Shown in pieces: positions 54,599-62,746 of a stretch of DNA of 64,000 nt. A model generated the notes under the pieces. The model had not been told where the DNA came from, did not search any database, and saw only the letters and a program-made list of their open reading frames with translations. This stretch comes from Lautropia sp. SCN 69-89. Its GTDB lineage: Bacteria > Pseudomonadota > Gammaproteobacteria > Burkholderiales > Burkholderiaceae_E. The stretch is from positions 27,703 through 91,702 of the forward strand of contig MEED01000018.1 in assembly GCA_001724855.1 (NCBI GenBank), read 5' to 3'. Both the position numbers and the translations under genes were made by a program. The number at the start of each line of letters is the position of its first letter. Within the stretch, counting starts at the first letter, position 1.

Positions 54599-54966
54599 GT
54601 CCGGGCAGGCTGGCGGCCGGGTTGCTCGCGGTCGGGCTGCTCTGCGGCGGCCCGGCGGCGGCCGCGCAGCCCGCAGCCGCGTCGGCGCCGCAGAACGCGG
54701 CGACGCTGTACGCGCTGAACTGCATGGGCTGCCATCCGCCCCCGCGCACGCCCGGCGCGGACCGCGGGCCGTTGCGCGGCGAGTTCTACCTGAACGCGCG
54801 CGGCCGCAACTTCTACATCCGCGTGCCGCAGGACGGCAAGCGCGTGCTCGGCCCCGACGAGGAAGCGCGGCTGCTCGACGAGATCATGACCTGGAAGCGC
54901 AGTTGCGCGGCGATCCTGCAGGACGCGCCCCAGGTGCACTACAGCGGCGAGCGCTTCGTCAAATGA
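54583..54966 (+). CDS. Small monoheme cytochrome c
   Basis: Signal peptide then YALNCMGCH; GRNFYIRVP; GTG start inside the ALDH 3' end is inferred. Confidence 0.8.
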   Translation: MRSLLSPGRLAAGLLAVGLLCGGPAAAAQPAAASAPQNAATLYALNCMGCHPPPRTPGADRGPLRGEFYLNARGRNFYIRVPQDGKRVLGPDEEARLLDEIMTWKRSCAAILQDAPQVHYSGERFVK

Positions 54967-56057
54967 ACGTGCGCTCGCTGCCTCGGGTCGTCGCCGCAAT
55001 GCTCGCCGCCGTGCTGCTCGCCGCGGCACCCGCGCGCGCGGCCGATACGGTTTCGCGGCCGCCGTCGCCGGCGGCCAGCGCGGCACTTCTCGAACTCGGC
55101 CGGCACCTGTTCTTCGAGTCGCGCCTGTCCGGCGACGGCAGCCGCAGCTGCGCGAGCTGCCACGCGCCGGCGCGCGGCTTCTCGGAGGGCGTGGCGCTGT
55201 CGCGCGGCTACAACCACAGCGGGCACTTCCGCAATGCGCCCGGCCTGCTCGGCCTGCGGCTCAAGGAGCGACTCGCCTGGGACGGGCGCTACCGCATCGA
55301 CGAGCTGCCGAAGCTGGTCGAGGAGATGCTGACCTCGCCGATCACGATGAACGGCAACCCGGGGATCATCGCCGAGCGGGTGCGCCAGGTGCCGCAGCTG
55401 CTGCAGTTGTGGCAGCGGGCCTTCGGCGAGCGCACGCCGCCCTCGTTCGACGGCGTGGCCCGTGCGATCGCCGCCTGGTCGGCCGCGCACGACGGCGGCG
55501 ACACCGCGGTCGACGCCGCGCTGCGCGGCGACGCGTCGGCGCTGTCGCCGCGGGCCGCCGAGGGGATGCGGCTGTTCACCGGCAAGGCGGGCTGCTCGGG
55601 CTGCCATTCCGGTCCGGCGTTCTCCGACGGCCTGGCGCACCGGCTCGGCGTCCCTGAATCGCCGCAGATCCTGCGCGATCCGGAGCGCACGGTCGCGCTG
55701 CTGGCCCATCACGCGAGTCATGGCTCGGCCGACCCGATGAGCGAGCGCAGCGACACCGGCGTGCACGCGTTGACCCGCAGGGCTTCGGACCGGGGACGCT
55801 TCTTCACGCCGGGCCTGCGCGGCGTGGCGCAGACCGCCCCGTACATGCACAACGGTACCCTCCCCGATCTCGCGGCGGTCGTCGCGTTCTACGACCGCGG
55901 CGGCGGCCGCGGCTCCGAGACGAAGCCGCTCGGCCTGTCCGCGAGCGAACGCGAAGCGCTGGTGGCGTTCCTCGAGGCGCTCACGCCGCGCACCGCGCTC
56001 GCCGTGGCGCCGCCGCCCGCCTTCGACTACGCCACGCAGGCGGGAGCCGGGCGATGA
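54963..56057 (+). CDS. Di-heme cytochrome c peroxidase/MauG-family protein, copy 1
   Basis: CASCH and CSGCH, RNAP, WDGR, TAPYMHNG..VAFY. Confidence 0.9.
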   Translation: MNVRSLPRVVAAMLAAVLLAAAPARAADTVSRPPSPAASAALLELGRHLFFESRLSGDGSRSCASCHAPARGFSEGVALSRGYNHSGHFRNAPGLLGLRLKERLAWDGRYRIDELPKLVEEMLTSPITMNGNPGIIAERVRQVPQLLQLWQRAFGERTPPSFDGVARAIAAWSAAHDGGDTAVDAALRGDASALSPRAAEGMRLFTGKAGCSGCHSGPAFSDGLAHRLGVPESPQILRDPERTVALLAHHASHGSADPMSERSDTGVHALTRRASDRGRFFTPGLRGVAQTAPYMHNGTLPDLAAVVAFYDRGGGRGSETKPLGLSASEREALVAFLEALTPRTALAVAPPPAFDYATQAGAGR

Positions 56058-57250
56058 AGATCCGGGTCGTCACGGGCGTGCTGCTCGCGCTCGCTGCGAG
56101 CGCTGCGGTCGCCGTGGCCGCGCTGTCGGCCGCGCGCGCACCGGCGCCCGCCTCGGCCGACTCGGTGCCCGCGCTGGCGCTGCTGCCGCCGGTGCCGGTG
56201 CCGGCCGACAACCCGATGAGCGCGGCCAAGGTCGAGCTCGGGCGGCTGCTGTTCTTCGATGCGCGCCTGTCGGGCGACACCTCGACCTCGTGCGCGACGT
56301 GCCACGTCGCGCAGATGGGCTGGACTCACGGCGATGCGCTCGCGCCCGGCTATCCGGGCCACCGTCTGTGGCGCAACAACCCCACGGTGCTCAACGCCGC
56401 GCATTTCCGCCGGCTGATGTGGGACGGCAGCCTCGACCGGCTCGAGGTGCAGGCGCGCTCGGCCATGCAGGCGCCGGTCGAGGGCAACGGCAACGCCGCC
56501 ATCGTCGAGATGCGGCTGCGGCTGGTGCCCGAATACGTCGACCGCTTCCGCGAGGCGTTCGGCGCCGAGTGGCCCAGGCTCGACGATGCGTGGCGGGCGA
56601 TCGCAGCCTTCGAGCGCACCGTCGTCTCCGATCCGCGCAAGGTGCCGTTCGACCGCTTCCTGGCTGGCGACGCGAAGGCGCTGACCGCCGCGGCGCAGCG
56701 CGGCTACGCGCTGTTCACCGGCAAGGCGGGCTGCATCGCCTGCCACCATGGCCCGCTGGCGAGCGACGAGAGCTATCACGCGCTCGGCGTCCCGCGCCAG
56801 TCGCTGTACGACTCCAGCGCGCTGGTGCAGGTCGCGGTGCGCTGGCAGAACGCCCAGCGCGATGCGCCGCGCGCGCTGTACCGCGGCGCCGAGGAAGACC
56901 TCGGCCGCTACTACCGCACCCGCGATCCAGCCGACATCGGCAAGTTCCGCACGCCGTCGCTGCGCGAGCTGCGCTACACCGCGCCCTACATGCACAACGG
57001 CGTGTTCGGCACGCTGCAGGAAGTGGTCGACTTCTTCGACCGCGGTGGCGGCGACGCGCCCAACAAGTCGCCGCTGCTGCGCCCGCTCGGGCTCACCAGC
57101 GACGAGAAGCGCGACCTGGTCGCGTTCCTCGAATCGATGAGCATGGACGAGCCGCTGATCGTCGCCGCGCCCGAGCTGCCGCCGATGCAGCCGCTCGTCG
57201 AGGAAACGGCGGGCAGCTGCAGCGCGAACGATGGAGGAGGGGCGGGATGA
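56054..57250 (+). CDS. Di-heme cytochrome c peroxidase/MauG-family protein, copy 2
   Basis: PADNP..KVELGRLLFFDARLS, CATCH and CIACH, WDG..EVQA..PVE, TAPYMHNG..VDFF. Confidence 0.92.
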   Translation: MKIRVVTGVLLALAASAAVAVAALSAARAPAPASADSVPALALLPPVPVPADNPMSAAKVELGRLLFFDARLSGDTSTSCATCHVAQMGWTHGDALAPGYPGHRLWRNNPTVLNAAHFRRLMWDGSLDRLEVQARSAMQAPVEGNGNAAIVEMRLRLVPEYVDRFREAFGAEWPRLDDAWRAIAAFERTVVSDPRKVPFDRFLAGDAKALTAAAQRGYALFTGKAGCIACHHGPLASDESYHALGVPRQSLYDSSALVQVAVRWQNAQRDAPRALYRGAEEDLGRYYRTRDPADIGKFRTPSLRELRYTAPYMHNGVFGTLQEVVDFFDRGGGDAPNKSPLLRPLGLTSDEKRDLVAFLESMSMDEPLIVAAPELPPMQPLVEETAGSCSANDGGGAG

Positions 57251-59592
57251 CGAACGCCGGCAGGCTCTGGAACCGCTTCGTGATGAACCCCCGGGGCTGG
57301 TGGCTGCCGCTGCTCGCGGTGCTCGCGATCGGCGTGGGCAGCATGCTGTACATGGGCACGCGCACCTACCTCGATGCGCCACCGGTGCCCGACTTCGTCG
57401 ACGAGCGCGGCGTCGCGGTGGTACCGGCCGCAGCAATCACGCGCGGGCAGGCGGTGTTCCTGAAGTACGGGCTGATGAACTACGGCAGCATGTTCGGCGA
57501 CGGCGCCGGACGCGGCCCCGACTTCACCGCCGACGCGCTGCACCAGATGGCGCGCGCGATGCGCGACCATCATGCGTCCGCCGACGGCGTCGACGTCGAT
57601 TCCGCGCTCGCCGCCGCGCAGCGCGAGATCAAGCGCAATCGCCACGATGCGCTCACCGACACGGTCACCGTCGGCGCGGCGCAGGCCTATGCCGCGCGCG
57701 AGATCGAGCGTCGCGTGGCCGCGATGTTCCGCGGCGAGGGCAGCGAAGCCTTCCACCCTGCCGGCTTCATCGCCGACGAAGCCGAACTGCGCGACCTCGC
57801 GGCCTTCTTCTTCTGGGGAGCGTGGGTCTGCGGCGTCGAGCGGCCCGGCAAGGCCTACAGCTACACGCACAACTGGCCGTACGACGAGCTGGCCGGCAAC
57901 CGGCCGAGCGCGCAGGTCATGCTGTGGAGCGTGATCGCGGTGCTCGCGCTGGTGGCCGCGCTCGGCGCGGTGCTGTTCCTGTACGGCCGCTACGCGTCGA
58001 TCGCCGGATGGCGTCCCGCGCAGCGCGGCGACGCGTTCCCGCAGGCGGGAGCGATGGCCAGCGCCGCGGCGGTCGATGCGCTGCGCCCCGGCGCGCTGCA
58101 GCGCGCGACCTACAAGTTCTTCGCTGCCGCCGCGGTGCTGTTCGTGCTGCAGGTCGCCGCCGGCATCCTGACGGTGCACGACTTCCTCGGCATCACCCGG
58201 GTGTTCGGCGTCGATCTCGCGCAGGCGCTGCCGATCCCGGTGGTCCGCGGCTGGCACCTGCAGCTCGCGCTGCTGTGGATCACCGCCTGCTGGGTCGGCG
58301 CGTCGATCTTCGTCGTGTCGACGGCGGCGCCTCGGGCACCGGCCGGACAACTGAGGCTGGTCCAGCGGCTGTTCGGCCTGTTCGTCTTCACCGCGGTCGG
58401 CGGGCTGGCCGGTGTCGCGCTCGGGCCGCACGGGCTGCTCGGCGACTGGTGGCACCTGCTCGGCAGCCAGGGTTGGGAGTTCGTCGAACAGGGCAGGCTC
58501 TGGCAGGCGCTGCTGTTCGCGGTGTTCGCGCTGTGGTGCCTGGTGCTCGCACGTGCGGTGCGGCCGATCTGGCATTCGGGCGATGCGTGGATGCTGCCGA
58601 AGTGGCTGCTCTACTGCGTCGCCTGCGTGCTGGTGCTGTTCGTCTCCGGGTTCGTCGCAACCCCGCAGACCAACTTCGTGGTCGCCGATTTCTGGCGCTG
58701 GGCGGTGATCCACATGTGGGTCGAGGCGTTCTTCGAAGTCTTCACCACCGCGGTGCTCGCGTACTTCATGGTGCTGATGGGACTGGTGAGCCACCCCGCG
58801 GCCTCGCGCATCGTCTATCTCGCAGCCCTGCTGTTCCTCGGTTCGGGCCTGCTCGGCATCTCGCACAACTTCTACTGGAACGCCAAGCCGGTCGAGACGC
58901 TGGCGATCGGCAGCGTGTTTTCGACGCTGCAGGTCGTGCCGCTGATCCTGCTCACGCTCGAAGCCTGGCAATTCCGCAACGCGCCGCAGCGCGCGAACGC
59001 CGCTGGCGGCTTCGGCCAGTCGGAGGCGTTCCTGTTCCTGCTCGGCGTGAATGTCTGGAACTTCCTGGGCGCCGGCATGTTCGGCTTCATGATCAACCTG
59101 CCGATCGTCAACTACTACGAGCACGGGACCTACCTGACGGTGAACCACGGCCACGCCGCGCTGATGGGCGTCTACGGCAACCTCGCGATCGCGACGATCG
59201 TCTTCTGCGCGCGCTGCCTCATCGAGCCCGCCCGCTGGAACGCCGCGCTGCTGCGCCGCGTGTTCTGGTCGCTCAACGTCGGCCTGCTGCTGATGATCGT
59301 CGCCGACCTGTTTCCGGTGGGCATCGCGCAACTGCTCGACGTGCTCGAAAACGGCTTCTGGCACGCACGCTCGCAGGCGTTCATCGGCAGCGACCTGTTC
59401 CAGGCGCTCACCTGGGCCCGCATCGTCGGCGGTGCGCTGTTCGTGCTCGGCGGCGTGCTGCCGCTGGCCTGGTTCGTCGTGACTCGTGCGGCCGCACTGA
59501 AGGCGCCGCGTCCCGAGCCAGCCGAGGACGCGGCGACCCGCACTGCGCCGGGCGCGGACGCGCTGCCGTTGGCCGAGGGCCCGCGCGCCTGA
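57247..59592 (+). CDS. qNOR-related heme-copper-oxidase superfamily protein with Nod-type (putative NO dismutase) active-site substitutions
   Basis: qNOR architecture (GPDFTAD, WHLQL, HMWVEAFFE, TVNHGH); SHNFYW instead of HH, TLQVVP instead of E, YTHNWP, RIVGG instead of R..GD. Confidence 0.85.
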   Translation: MTNAGRLWNRFVMNPRGWWLPLLAVLAIGVGSMLYMGTRTYLDAPPVPDFVDERGVAVVPAAAITRGQAVFLKYGLMNYGSMFGDGAGRGPDFTADALHQMARAMRDHHASADGVDVDSALAAAQREIKRNRHDALTDTVTVGAAQAYAAREIERRVAAMFRGEGSEAFHPAGFIADEAELRDLAAFFFWGAWVCGVERPGKAYSYTHNWPYDELAGNRPSAQVMLWSVIAVLALVAALGAVLFLYGRYASIAGWRPAQRGDAFPQAGAMASAAAVDALRPGALQRATYKFFAAAAVLFVLQVAAGILTVHDFLGITRVFGVDLAQALPIPVVRGWHLQLALLWITACWVGASIFVVSTAAPRAPAGQLRLVQRLFGLFVFTAVGGLAGVALGPHGLLGDWWHLLGSQGWEFVEQGRLWQALLFAVFALWCLVLARAVRPIWHSGDAWMLPKWLLYCVACVLVLFVSGFVATPQTNFVVADFWRWAVIHMWVEAFFEVFTTAVLAYFMVLMGLVSHPAASRIVYLAALLFLGSGLLGISHNFYWNAKPVETLAIGSVFSTLQVVPLILLTLEAWQFRNAPQRANAAGGFGQSEAFLFLLGVNVWNFLGAGMFGFMINLPIVNYYEHGTYLTVNHGHAALMGVYGNLAIATIVFCARCLIEPARWNAALLRRVFWSLNVGLLLMIVADLFPVGIAQLLDVLENGFWHARSQAFIGSDLFQALTWARIVGGALFVLGGVLPLAWFVVTRAAALKAPRPEPAEDAATRTAPGADALPLAEGPRA

Positions 59593-59604
59593 AGCCTGCG
59601 TTGC

Positions 59605-60963
59605 TCAGGCGCCGCAGCTGACGAGCGCCGCCTCCAGCGCGTCGACGATCAGGTCGATTTCCGGCCGCTGGATCACCAGCGGCGGCGACAGGATCAGGTT
59701 GCCGCCGGAGACGCGGACCATCGCGCCGTTGCGGAAGGTCTGCGCGGCCACCGCCGCGGGCAGTGCCGCCTTGCGGTCGAGCGGCGTGCGCTTCTCCTTG
59801 TCGGCCACCAGCTCGACGCAGGCCATCAGCCCGATGCCGCGCACGTTGCCCACGGCGCGGAACTTCTGCTCGAACGGCTTCAGCCGCGACATCAGGTATT
59901 CGCCCTGCACGCGCGCGTTCTCCGGCACGTTCTCGCGCTCGACGATGTCGAGCGCCGCCAGCGCCGACGCGCAGGCCACCGGATGACCGCTGTAGGTGTA
60001 GCCGTGCATGAGGGCGCCGCTGCCCGTCTGGTCGCTGAGGAACGCGTCGGCGATGCGCGCCGACACCGCGGTCGCGCCCAGCGGCACGTAGCCCGAGTTG
60101 ATGCCCTTGGCCAGGCACATGATGTCGGGCTGCACGCCCCAGAGCCGCGAGCCGAACATCGAGCCGGTGCGGCCGAAGCCGGTCACCACTTCGTCGGCGA
60201 TCAGCAGCACGCCGTGCGCGTCGCAGACCTTGCGCACCAGCGGCCAGAAGTTCGGAGGCGGCACGATCACGCCGCCGGCACCCTGCACCGGCTCGGCGAT
60301 GAACGCCGCGACCGTGTCGGGACCCTGGAAGCGGATCTCGCGATCGAGCAGCTCGGCGCAGATCTCGCCGAGCCGCTGCGGGTCGTCGGTGTAGGGGTTG
60401 CGGTAGTCCCACGGCGTGTCGACGTGGAAGCACCCCGGGAGCAACGGCTCGTAGGCGCGCCGGAACGCGGTGTTGCCGTTCACCGACATGCCGCCGAAGT
60501 GCACGCCGTGGTAGCCCTGCTTGAGCGCGATGAACTTGTGGCGGTCGGCCTGGCCCATCAACTTCCAGTACTGGCGCGCGATCTTCAGCGCGCCCTCCAC
60601 CGCGTCGGAGCCGCCGCTGGAGAACGCGACGCGCGCCATGCCCTCGGGCTGCAGCATCCCGATCAGCCGCACCGACAGCTCGATCGCGCGCGGATGCGTG
60701 GTGCCGCGAAAGCACGAATAGAACGCGAGCTCGTCGAGCTGCTCGACGATCGCCCGCTTGATCTCCTCGCGCCCGTAGCCGAGGTTGATGTTCCACAGGC
60801 CCCCCACGCCGTCGACCACGCGATGGCCGTCGACGTCGGTGACCCAGACGCCGTCGCCGCGGGCCACGATGATCGGGGGCTGTTCCTGCATCTGGCGCGG
60901 GTGCGCCATCGGGTGCAGCATGAAGCGCGCGTTGTGCGCGCGCAGCTCGTCCGGGCCGGTCAT
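59605..60963 (-). CDS. Class III PLP-dependent aminotransferase-family protein
   Basis: DGVGGLWN, YHG, AEPVQGAGG, DEVVTGFGRTG, LAKGINSGY. Confidence 0.93.
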   Translation of the reverse strand: MTGPDELRAHNARFMLHPMAHPRQMQEQPPIIVARGDGVWVTDVDGHRVVDGVGGLWNINLGYGREEIKRAIVEQLDELAFYSCFRGTTHPRAIELSVRLIGMLQPEGMARVAFSSGGSDAVEGALKIARQYWKLMGQADRHKFIALKQGYHGVHFGGMSVNGNTAFRRAYEPLLPGCFHVDTPWDYRNPYTDDPQRLGEICAELLDREIRFQGPDTVAAFIAEPVQGAGGVIVPPPNFWPLVRKVCDAHGVLLIADEVVTGFGRTGSMFGSRLWGVQPDIMCLAKGINSGYVPLGATAVSARIADAFLSDQTGSGALMHGYTYSGHPVACASALAALDIVERENVPENARVQGEYLMSRLKPFEQKFRAVGNVRGIGLMACVELVADKEKRTPLDRKAALPAAVAAQTFRNGAMVRVSGGNLILSPPLVIQRPEIDLIVDALEAALVSCGA

Positions 60964-61673
60964 GAGAGTTCTCCGGGAGCGGGGCCGTCGATGCCGAGCC
61001 GGGCGCGCACGCGTGCGAAGCTGCCTTCGGGATCGGCGAGGTCGAAGAAGATGGCGTCCATGCCCACCGCGCGCGCGCCCTCGACGTTGCGCGGCTGGTC
61101 GTCGACGAACACCGCACGCGCCGCGGGCACGCCGAGCGCCTCGAGCGCGGCACGGTAGGCGCGCGGATCGGGCTTGAGCACGCCGGTGTACGTGGCGTCG
61201 ACCAGCACGTCGATCTCGCGCAACAGCTCGAGCCGGTCCATGAACGGCCGGCCCCAGAAGAGCTCGAGCTCGTTCGAGACGATGCCCACCCGCAGGCCCG
61301 CGGCGCGCGCCGCCGCGATCGTGCGCCGCGCGCATTCGCGCACCGCCCGGTTCGGGTCGTCGCCGCGGATCGCCTTGAAGAAGTCGAGCGGCGTCCATGC
61401 ATCGTGGCCGAGCATGCGGCCGACTTCGGCCGCGCGCTGCGCCCAGTAGTCGCGCTCGCTGATCGCGCCGGCGGTCATGCTGCGCCAGAGCGGATCGGTG
61501 TCGGGGTCGACCGGCCCGAGCCAGCCGAGCGTGCCGGGCGCCAGGCCGAGGATCGTCTCGATCTCGCGCTGCCGCTCGAAGGCCGAGATCGTGATCACGC
61601 TGCCGAAGTCGAGCAGCAGCGCGTCGAACAGGCGCTCTCCGACCCGATGGGCGCGCGCTTCGGGGGCGTTCAT
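60960..61673 (-). CDS. HAD-superfamily hydrolase (IA type)
   Basis: Motif I DFGSV, motif II SN, LKPDP, motif IV FVDD. Confidence 0.88.
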   Translation of the reverse strand: MNAPEARAHRVGERLFDALLLDFGSVITISAFERQREIETILGLAPGTLGWLGPVDPDTDPLWRSMTAGAISERDYWAQRAAEVGRMLGHDAWTPLDFFKAIRGDDPNRAVRECARRTIAAARAAGLRVGIVSNELELFWGRPFMDRLELLREIDVLVDATYTGVLKPDPRAYRAALEALGVPAARAVFVDDQPRNVEGARAVGMDAIFFDLADPEGSFARVRARLGIDGPAPGELS

Positions 61674-62743
61674 GTCATCCTGGCTCCATAACGCAGTGCG
61701 TAGCGCACCGGGTCCCATTGCGGCGGATCGGTCGGGCCGGCGCCGGCCGCGGTCACCGGTCGCGCCTGCACCAGCACGATCGTGTCGCCTTCGCGGCGCC
61801 CGCGCTGCAGCACCCATTCGATGTCCACGGGGTAGCCGTAGTGCGCCTCGACCGCAACGGCGCTGCGTGCGATCGCCGCGATCTCGTCGTCGTCGAGCAC
61901 GCGCGCGGCTGCGAACGCGGGCGGCATCGGACGCTCGACGACCGCGCCGCGCCGATAATCCATCACCGAGATCACCGTCTTGTCGGCGACCCGGTAATCG
62001 AGCAATTCGAAGCCGTCCTTGTCGAGTTCGGCGTGGTCCGGCACGACCAGCCCGCCGACCACCGCCTCGCCGTATCCCCAGGAGCCCTCGACCACCACGC
62101 GGTCGCGCCGTCCGGTGAGCGGATGCACCGAGAACGCGACGCCGGCAGCGCGCGCGCGCACCAGCTCGAGCACCCCCACGGCCATCGGCATCGCCGCGGC
62201 ACCAAGCCCGGACTGCGCGCGGTAGCCGATCGCGCGCGCCGAGAACAGGCTCGACCAGGCGCGCCGGATGCTGTCGTCGACCGCGTCGAGCCCCGAGACG
62301 CCGAGGAAGGTTTCGTACTGGCCGGCGAAGCTGTGGTCGGCCGCATCCTCGCCGACCGCCGAGCTGCGAACCGCCACCGGCTTGTCGACTTCACGCACCT
62401 CGAAGCACAGCGCATCGTAGGCGCGCTCGAAGCACGCGCGCATCGCCTCGGGCAACGGCTGCGCGGCGAAGCGCCCGCGGATGCGCGACGACACGGTTTC
62501 GAGCCGATCGAGATCGCTGCCGTCGCCGATCGAGGTGAGTTCGGCGGCGATCGCGGTCTCGAGCCGCGTCTCGCGCACGAAGTGCAGGTAGGCCTCGACC
62601 GTCACCGCGTATCCGGTGGGCACCTGGAATCCCGCCCGCCGCAGCTCGGCGAGCCGCGCCAGCTTCGGGCCGACGATTTCGGCGTTCGCGGCGGCCGGCT
62701 CGGCCATCGCGACCACCCACGGGCTGGCGGCGGCGCCTGTCAT
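61670..62743 (-). CDS. Stand-alone PEP/pyruvate-binding (PPDK N-terminal ATP-grasp) protein, PpsB-like
   Basis: VGPKLARL..GFQVP, AVRSSAVGED..SFAGQYETFL, DIEW, VQARPVT; no His-carrier domain. Confidence 0.9.
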   Translation of the reverse strand: MTGAAASPWVVAMAEPAAANAEIVGPKLARLAELRRAGFQVPTGYAVTVEAYLHFVRETRLETAIAAELTSIGDGSDLDRLETVSSRIRGRFAAQPLPEAMRACFERAYDALCFEVREVDKPVAVRSSAVGEDAADHSFAGQYETFLGVSGLDAVDDSIRRAWSSLFSARAIGYRAQSGLGAAAMPMAVGVLELVRARAAGVAFSVHPLTGRRDRVVVEGSWGYGEAVVGGLVVPDHAELDKDGFELLDYRVADKTVISVMDYRRGAVVERPMPPAFAAARVLDDDEIAAIARSAVAVEAHYGYPVDIEWVLQRGRREGDTIVLVQARPVTAAGAGPTDPPQWDPVRYALRYGARMT

Positions 62744-62746
62744 CGC

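Noticed and set aside
54963-57250. Calling either peroxidase simply mauG or ccp
   Set aside because: Each copy lacks residues required for that assignment
57247-59592. Calling the gene canonical norZ/qNOR or cbb3 oxidase subunit I
   Set aside because: HN in place of HH, Glu to Gln and loss of the quinol-site Asp are inconsistent with canonical qNOR; no ccoO/ccoP partners
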